The notes under the pieces were generated by a model. The model did no database searches. It saw nothing but the letters and a program-made list of their open reading frames with translations, and was not told the origin of the DNA. From assembly GCA_963833425.1 (NCBI GenBank), contig CAWHXP010000003.1, positions 384,001-448,000 on the forward strand: a stretch of DNA of 64,000 nucleotides. The letters run 5' to 3'. Below, in pieces: positions 57,256 to 64,000 of the stretch (within the stretch, counting starts at the first letter, position 1; each line of letters starts with the position of its first letter). A program made the translations under genes and the position numbers. The DNA is from an uncultured Methanosarcinaceae archaeon (GTDB lineage: Archaea; Halobacteriota; Methanosarcinia; Methanosarcinales; Methanosarcinaceae).

Positions 57256-57759
57256 TTTTATATCATTTAATACCTCTTTTGAGCCAAGGCTAGCAGTCAG
57301 CTTTCAATGGCATTCATGCTACTAACTTATGGTGGTAGGGAGAAGATCAAAACCCGAAAATGATCTAATCTTCCATTAAATTGTGTATTTTTGATATTTA
57401 TATATTGGAAAAGGTATTGAGAACACCTATATCAAAACTAACCGTGATACGAGACCTTCAATATATTGCTCTTATTGACATGCAATGGCCTGGTCATATA
57501 GGGCAATTATGTTTGTTTTGTTAATAAAATTATATACTAATATATATAAATTATTTAGTTATGGATTATAATCCAATAAATTTCAAGTAAAGAGGTTAAA
57601 TTTAAATTTATGATGTATAATTATAGTATATCTATATACGTGCCTGTTGCAAATCCAGGCACTTAATCAAGTGATTAAACCATTCTAGACAAGAGGATTC
57701 TCATTTCAATCCTAAAAAATAAAATTTTGATCATAATAATCCAAAATAGGATCTATTTC

Positions 57760-58083
57760 TTAGTTTTTGGCAGCCTTCTTTCCTATGAAATATAAAAGAC
57801 TACCACTAACTATTACACCTATTACTGCGGACATGATGTATGCTGCTGAAGCTACGAGCTTCGAATCCGCGAAAGAAGGGCCGTTGGGGATGTTATAATC
57901 CTGCATTGGTGCATGCCATAAGCCAGAGAGTTCCTCCAATCCAGGAGGCGTATACCCAACCTTATTCTTAAGCTCATCTGGTGCCCATTCGCCATATGCA
58001 GTGCCTGCTGCAAGCAGACCTATAGGCACAAAAATTACCAATAATACCAAACCAATTGTTAAGTTTCTTACCATCTTATCCAC
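57760..58083 (-). CDS. ECF Co/Ni transporter accessory subunit (NikN/PDGLE-like)
   Basis: Two TM segments around GEW..PPGLE..APMQDY; follows cbiM. Confidence 0.8.
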   Translation of the reverse strand: MDKMVRNLTIGLVLLVIFVPIGLLAAGTAYGEWAPDELKNKVGYTPPGLEELSGLWHAPMQDYNIPNGPSFADSKLVASAAYIMSAVIGVIVSGSLLYFIGKKAAKN

Positions 58084-58092
58084 ATTTTCACC

Positions 58093-58818
58093 TCAGAATG
58101 TGACTTCCCTTTTCAGTTCGGTTCTATTGATCCCCGCTTCAGATTTCTCTCCATAAAATACAGAAGTATCTGTTCTTTGGATATAGGTAAAAATAATTGC
58201 TGTAAGCAGTGCTTCAAGAATGCTGAATGCCATAGCATGTTCAAGTACCATGGCAGGAATAGTCACGCTCAAGGTATATGGCATATAAATCGGGACTCCT
58301 TCAGCCGTGTGTTCCAAAATTGGCTGTATCCCTAATTCAACGCCCGCACAAAGCGATGCCATGGTCAGAGAAAGCCACCCAGCAATAGCCGCAGCAATAA
58401 CTCTCGTACGGGATGTAATCACTGAATTACCACTAATCAACTTATAAGCGTAGTAAGCGACAAAGGGTATCACCACTCCCATATTGAAGCAGTTAGTAGC
58501 TATGGCTGTTATTCCTCCATCACCAAAAATGAGTGCCTGCAATACCAAAGTTACAGAAATAGCTATAACTGCTGCATATGGACCTATGACTAAGGCGATA
58601 ATTCCACCTCCCACGGCATGGCCTGTGCTGCCTCCTGGAACAGGGACGTTAAACATCATTATTACAAATGAGAATGCGGCTGATAGCGCCAGCAGAGGGA
58701 CTTGTCTGGACTTTAACTCTGCGGTCAGCTTCTTTCCTGCATGATACCATATCGGGATCATAATGATCCAGAACGCAATATATGTATGCGGCCCTAAATA
58801 TCCGTCTGGAATGTGCAT
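58093..58818 (-). CDS. cbiM: ECF Co/Ni substrate-binding component CbiM/NikM
   Basis: N-terminal MHIPDGYL, PGGSTGH, QALIFGDGGITA. Confidence 0.93.
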   Translation of the reverse strand: MHIPDGYLGPHTYIAFWIIMIPIWYHAGKKLTAELKSRQVPLLALSAAFSFVIMMFNVPVPGGSTGHAVGGGIIALVIGPYAAVIAISVTLVLQALIFGDGGITAIATNCFNMGVVIPFVAYYAYKLISGNSVITSRTRVIAAAIAGWLSLTMASLCAGVELGIQPILEHTAEGVPIYMPYTLSVTIPAMVLEHAMAFSILEALLTAIIFTYIQRTDTSVFYGEKSEAGINRTELKREVTF

Positions 58819-59164
58819 TTGTCTCTCTTCCCCTAGCTGATTTCTTATGGTTTTAAGATTACAATGGTTATGTTGATTGAGTAATTTTTCATGACATTAA
58901 AAATTAGCCTTATGAGAAGAATACGAACATGCTTAGGCGAGTATTTATTAAAGTATCTTCGAAGACAACTCTGCTCTCTGAAATATTTAAATAAATTTGT
59001 CATTCATTGTTTCTAAAATATGTAAAATTAACACGCTTTGGAAACAAAATTGAGTTCAATATACTCGGTCTGTTCAATTTTTATTTTAAACAGTTAAATC
59101 TTTAATTTTATTTTTAGTTCAACTGCATAAGGCATAGAGTGTTCTTATAAATCCATATTGTTGA

Positions 59165-59192
59165 GTATTACATATGCATAAATTTATATTAC
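59165..59192. promoter_or_regulatory. Candidate NikR-type operator upstream of cbiM
   Basis: GTATTA-N16-TATTAC; spacing matches the NikR-type GTATGA-N16-TCATAC. Confidence 0.4.
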
Positions 59193-59687
59193 TTTTTTGG
59201 ACAAATTATAATTTTATTCATAAGTAAAGCAAAATCCGTATTCCTACTTCGAATTATTCCCACAAAGAAAACAGAACCCATAGATACCAATAGACTGCAG
59301 TTCTCAAGGGTAACTAATGATTTACTGGCTTAAACTCAATTCATATACATGTTTTGTGCTGAAGTCCCCGAATTTTCTGACTTCTATATAGAGTAAAAAA
59401 GCATTGCAAATATTTTACTTACGGAACATTTGAACTAATTACCATATATCACAGTAAAAAAAAATTGATTTAAATTGAGATGAGTATTACAATTTTTTAG
59501 TATTATATTATAAAATATAAAAAAGATTAAAGAAAATATTAAATATAAAGTTGTCATAATTTATATGTCAATTCAAAAAAAATACAAAAACATTAGCAGT
59601 TGCAGTAAAATCAACCGATCTTTCAAGTTGTATTTTTCTGTATTTCAACATATTATTAATTTGAACAAAATATAAAAGGTGAAGTAA

Positions 59688-60026
59688 ATGTTAAAACAAT
59701 CATCTAGTAAAATGAAAAAGGTCCTTGCTATTTTGCTGTCGGTTCTTTTCGTAACATCTTTGTTAGCTGTAGCTGTCGAAGCACATGGCGGCGGTTCCTG
59801 GGGTTATCCTGGCTGGGGCTGGGGCAGACCCTGATGGGGTGGCTGGGGCTATGGTACTGGTTGTAGGTGGGTGGGTGGTGATAATTGGCTCTGCCCTGGA
59901 TTCAATTTTACATCGGGAATGCCATACACTATTCAAAATTCAACACCTGTAGCTCCAGCTCCTGCGGCTCCGGATCTAGGTCCAGATGCGGGACTAGCTA
60001 TATTTCCAAAAAAAGCGTCAACATAG
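59688..60026 (+). pseudogene. Secreted Gly/Trp-rich small protein with in-frame TGA at 59832 (missing from the ORF track)
   Basis: AGGTGA RBS; MLKQSSSKMKKVLAILLSVLFVTSLLAVAVEA-HGGGSWGYPGWGWGRP*WGGWGYGTGCRWVGGDNWLCPG..PVAPAPAAP. Confidence 0.75.
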
Positions 60027-61536
60027 ATAATTTCTCCCAGTACGTGATTAAAACAGTGTGAATAATGTTACCCTTAGTCATTGTATAGGATTTTGATAAG
60101 CAAGGTATAAAACATTTTAAAATTGACAAAAATTTAATATTAATTTTATTTTTTATTATTTCTAGATAACATCACAAGGTTATCAACAAATTACAAATTT
60201 TACTAGAAAACAACCATTATCATAAAATATTGCTATTCTTCAAATTTTGCATTTAATTTAGATATGTTTCTTTGATGGTTTAGCTGAAGTTCTGTTATAT
60301 CTGATGAGCTCAGTATCGTTTTCTTTCACTTCAAAAAAGCAGGATGCTGAAGTAGTAGTTATACTAATTAAATTTTTGTTATTTTATTCTTATTTATACA
60401 CAGTTTTAGTGTGTAAACCTATGTACATTCTCAATTTAAATTCTTCATTACTATTTTTGATGGAAATTTGGTAAGTAATATTATTATTAAGTTTAATATC
60501 ATAAAATATGAAAAAAATAAAGAAAAATAATAAATATGAGTTTGTCATACATTCAAATGTCTATTCAAAAGCTCTAGAAAAATAAGAAGGTCTGAAATCT
60601 ATTCATCGAATCTATTGTGCTGGAATTCCCTGTGGTGATGGAATTAGTGAAAATAGGTAGAAAGTTTCAGATTTTTAAAACAAAATACCAAGTGCCATGG
60701 AAGAGTTTCACTCCGTTTTCCTTCCAGCTACTCTCTTTCAAATAGGCACAATATCAAACCCAGTTTCTTATAATATATCCAATATGCTTCCCTGCCACAA
60801 ATCCAGATGCTAAAGCAAGTAATTGAGCCCTTTTGAATATACTTTCCTATAGCTTGAATCCATTTTTCGTAATATAAATACAAATGGAAATAAGTGTACA
60901 TTTTGATATTCTGATCGCTGAACAAGCGCATAAAAAATATGGAAGAATTTGATGTTAATTACCAAAACTTCCACTAGGGCTTTTTTATTTTTGGATTTTC
61001 AGGAAGTAACTTAATATTTAACCTTATGTTATCCTGGATCAATTTTTGAATGTTAATCTCTGGATTATGCATATGTTTTGCTATAAAAACTATGCATCAG
61101 TAAAAATGATAAATCCTATTTTTTTTGTGGCAAACAAAAATGTATATCAAGTGAATTTCTCAATTTTACCTATGAGTTTCTAATACTTTTTTGTATTTAC
61201 TGAGATAAATCGATGGAAACATGCATATCCCTGCATGCAATGGAATAATTTAATTAAAAAAGAATAGGCAAATTTCGGCATTGAATAATTAATTAAAGGC
61301 ATGATCTACTTTCATTTATTTTAAAAATAGCAAGGAGTTTTTTTGGCTCCTTACTTTTTATTTATTTTTAGGTATTTTGGATACTTATTCCAAATAATCG
61401 CTTTTTTACCTAACTTAATTGCTTAAATTATCAATTACAGTATTAATACTGCATTAATGTTTTTCTCTTTGTTGACATCACCTACCTAGTTGACCTTTTA
61501 CCTGGTTAATAGTTTTTCAGGCTAATTAGGAGCCGA

Positions 61537-62913
61537 CTATGTTGCAGTGATTGGAACTGTTGATATTTTTGTACTTGTACCAACTTCATCGCTTGCTGTC
61601 AGTGTAGCCCAATAGATCCCTTCTCTATAGTAAGTATGCTCTGGATCCTGTAGGGTAGAAGTAGTCCCATCTCCAAAGTCCCAGTACCAAGACGTTGGTC
61701 CTCCTGTAGTTCTATCAGTGAACTGCACAGTAAGTGGAGCAAGACCGTCGGTTGGATTGATTCTGAAATGTGCATCAAGCGTACTCTCTGTGGTTATTGT
61801 AACTGTTGATATTTTTGTACTTGTACCAAGTGCATTGCTTGCTGTCAGTATAGGGGTATAGATCCCTGCTGTATTGTAAATATGCTCTGGGTTCTGTTGT
61901 GTAGAATTCGTTCCATCTCCAAAGTCCCAGTACCAAGACGTTGGTCCTCCTGTAGTTCTATCAGTGAACTGCACATCAAGTGGAACAGAACCTTCGGTTT
62001 GATTGATTCTGAAATGTGCATCAAGCGAACTTTCTGCAGTTATTGTAACTGTTGATATTTTTGTACTTGTACCAACTTCATTGCTTGCTGTCAGTATAGG
62101 GGTATAGATCCCTGCTGTATTGTAAGTATGCTCTGGATTCGGTAGGGTAGAAGTAGTTCCATCTCCAAAGTCCCAGTACCAAGACGTTGGTCCTCCTGTA
62201 GTTCTATCAGTGAACTGCACAGTAAGTGGAGCAAGACCGTCGGTTGGATTGATTCTGAAATGTGCATCAAGCGAACTCTCTGCAGTTATTATAACTGCTA
62301 TTGGAACTGTTGATATTTTTGTACTTGTACCAACTTCATTGCTTGCTGTCAGTATAGGGGTATAGATCCCTGCTTCATTGTAAATATGCTCTGGATTCTG
62401 TAGGGTAGAAGTAGTTCCATCTCCAAAGTCCCAGTACCAAGACGTTGGTCCTCCTGTAGTTCTATCAGTGAACTGCACATCAAGTGGAACAGAGCCTTCG
62501 GTTTGATTGATTCTGAAATGTGCATCAAGCGAACTTTCTGCAGTTATTGTAACTGTTGATATTTTTGTACTTGTACCAACTTCATTGCTTGCTGTCAATA
62601 TAGGGGTATAGATCCCTGCTGTATTGTAAGTATGCTCTGGATTCTGTAGGGTAGAAGTAGTTCCATCTCCAAAGTCCCAGTACCAAGACGTTGGTCCTCC
62701 TGTAGTTCTATCAGTGAACTGCACATCAAGTGGAACAGAACCTTCGGTTTGATTGATTCCGAAATTTGCATCAAGAATTCCCACGTTCATGGTAAGACTC
62801 ATAGAAAGTGGTTGTGATGAAATAGTCATTGCTAAAGCAGTGATAGGTCCCAGACCACAAATCACAACTAAAATGAGTAAAATATTAAAAATCGTTCTTT
62901 TATTTTTGATCAA
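61537..62913 (-). CDS. Secreted protein of five tandem PKD domains
   Basis: Signal peptide, then 5x LDAHFRIN..VQFTDRTTGGPTSWYWDFGDG..EH.YN.AGIY. Confidence 0.95.
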   Translation of the reverse strand: MIKNKRTIFNILLILVVICGLGPITALAMTISSQPLSMSLTMNVGILDANFGINQTEGSVPLDVQFTDRTTGGPTSWYWDFGDGTTSTLQNPEHTYNTAGIYTPILTASNEVGTSTKISTVTITAESSLDAHFRINQTEGSVPLDVQFTDRTTGGPTSWYWDFGDGTTSTLQNPEHIYNEAGIYTPILTASNEVGTSTKISTVPIAVIITAESSLDAHFRINPTDGLAPLTVQFTDRTTGGPTSWYWDFGDGTTSTLPNPEHTYNTAGIYTPILTASNEVGTSTKISTVTITAESSLDAHFRINQTEGSVPLDVQFTDRTTGGPTSWYWDFGDGTNSTQQNPEHIYNTAGIYTPILTASNALGTSTKISTVTITTESTLDAHFRINPTDGLAPLTVQFTDRTTGGPTSWYWDFGDGTTSTLQDPEHTYYREGIYWATLTASDEVGTSTKISTVPITAT

Positions 62914-63155
62914 TTTTTAATCTCCTTTATATTTTTTTAGTAGAATTATTAATTCGCTAGACTTCCCCTAAAGTATGTTAAAATTTATGGCAAAGTTTGA
63001 ATTTTTTTATATATTTGATGTTTTAATTTGAATTGATACTTTGTATTGGGTAAAATCTATTTAAGTAAAAAATTTGATTCGAAGACTAATTTATGCACAA
63101 TACTATTTAAATAATTTGATTCTGTTTGTGTATTACCAAGTCAGTGTCGAACTGT

Positions 63156-63246
63156 AGACGATTTCGATGAACCACACTTTTTAGTAGATAGTTTATAAAG
63201 TGTATATAAGCAATTTGTTGAAATCAGAGGTTTATCGAAATCTTCT
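63156..63246. mobile_element. MITE copy
   Basis: AGACGATTTCGATGAACC...GGTTTATCGAAATCTTCT, flanked by GT/GT. Confidence 0.75.
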
Positions 63247-64000
63247 GTAGACTATGAATTTATTGACTTTTAGGATAGGGATTTTAGCCAAGTTCTTTTT
63301 ATAATAAACTGCAGATCTGTTAAATTATTTGAATGATAAATCACGTTAAATCAGGCAGTATTGTGAAATTTATATATAGGATAAAGATTATTACAGCTAT
63401 TTTTACCGTAATAAACAGGATTTATTGACTTTTCTGATGCACATGCTTAAGATTAAAACCTGTGTATAAAAATATGCAATAATTTTTTGATATTAGCGAT
63501 TTTACAAAACTTTCGGCACAATGTTTGTTATTGGATTGGAAATAGCATGAGACATCTAATGTAAGAGATACCAAAGTTCCATCAGTACAATAACATTTTA
63601 AATTGTAAGGCAGTTATCAGGAAAAAGATTCAAGTCTGAATTCAGACACTACTTAAAAAAAGTTTAATTTTAAGGCAAAACATAGCTATCAAAAAAAATA
63701 ATGATTAATAGATTTTGGTATTATGCACAAAATTTTATAAATTGCGATTGTTTCTCAATTCCAGTCTTTCGCAACAAAAAAACACAATTTCGAGTTGATT
63801 GTTCTGCTGACAAAGTTTTGTCTTTATCTTCTTCACCGATGTATAGATCGTGCCTAAAAACTTATGTATCAGTGAGAAAATAGAAACATAAACTTTGTCA
63901 GTAAAACTATTTGCTCTGCATCCTGCTTTTTACAGTGAAAGAAAAGGATAAAGAGCAATCATATTTTACAGAACTTTAACTAACTGGCCTCCCAATCAGA

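Noticed and set aside
59832..59834. Selenocysteine at the in-frame TGA (also 14806)
   Set aside because: Context points to mutated Trp/Gly codons, no SECIS recognised, and Methanosarcina are not known to use Sec
43711..62913. Diversity-generating retroelement acting on the surface proteins
   Set aside because: No reverse transcriptase in the window and repeat differences are not visibly adenine-specific

Overview
An AT-rich archaeal window that looks like Methanosarcina, based on gene content (type II GAPDH, fae-hps, archaeal AlaDH, YVTN/PKD surface proteins) and IS families. Housekeeping blocks (tRNA-Asn, gap, NAD kinase, htpX, ala, fae-hps, tpiA, uvrABC, trxB/trx, marC, cbiM/N) are separated by long decaying accessory tracts. 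Main observations: (1) A ~24.3 kb segment (17059-41358) appears inverted between two oppositely oriented 1138-bp IS5-family copies; re-inverting it rejoins, in frame, two halves of a second transposase. (2) About ten ~91-bp MITEs share terminal repeats with that IS5 element. (3) A duplicated module of secreted His/Gly-rich low-complexity protein, conserved hairpin, His-rich peptide remnant and secreted TPR protein has decayed reciprocally in its two copies, with an MntP remnant between them. (4) Its signal peptide recurs on at least four ORFs with different low-complexity cargo. (5) A giant surface protein has a hypervariable loop in its repeats and shares PKD modules and 3' flank with a second gene. 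(6) A three-ORF cassette sits between IS6 ends. All calls come from reading the sequence by eye; no database search was run.
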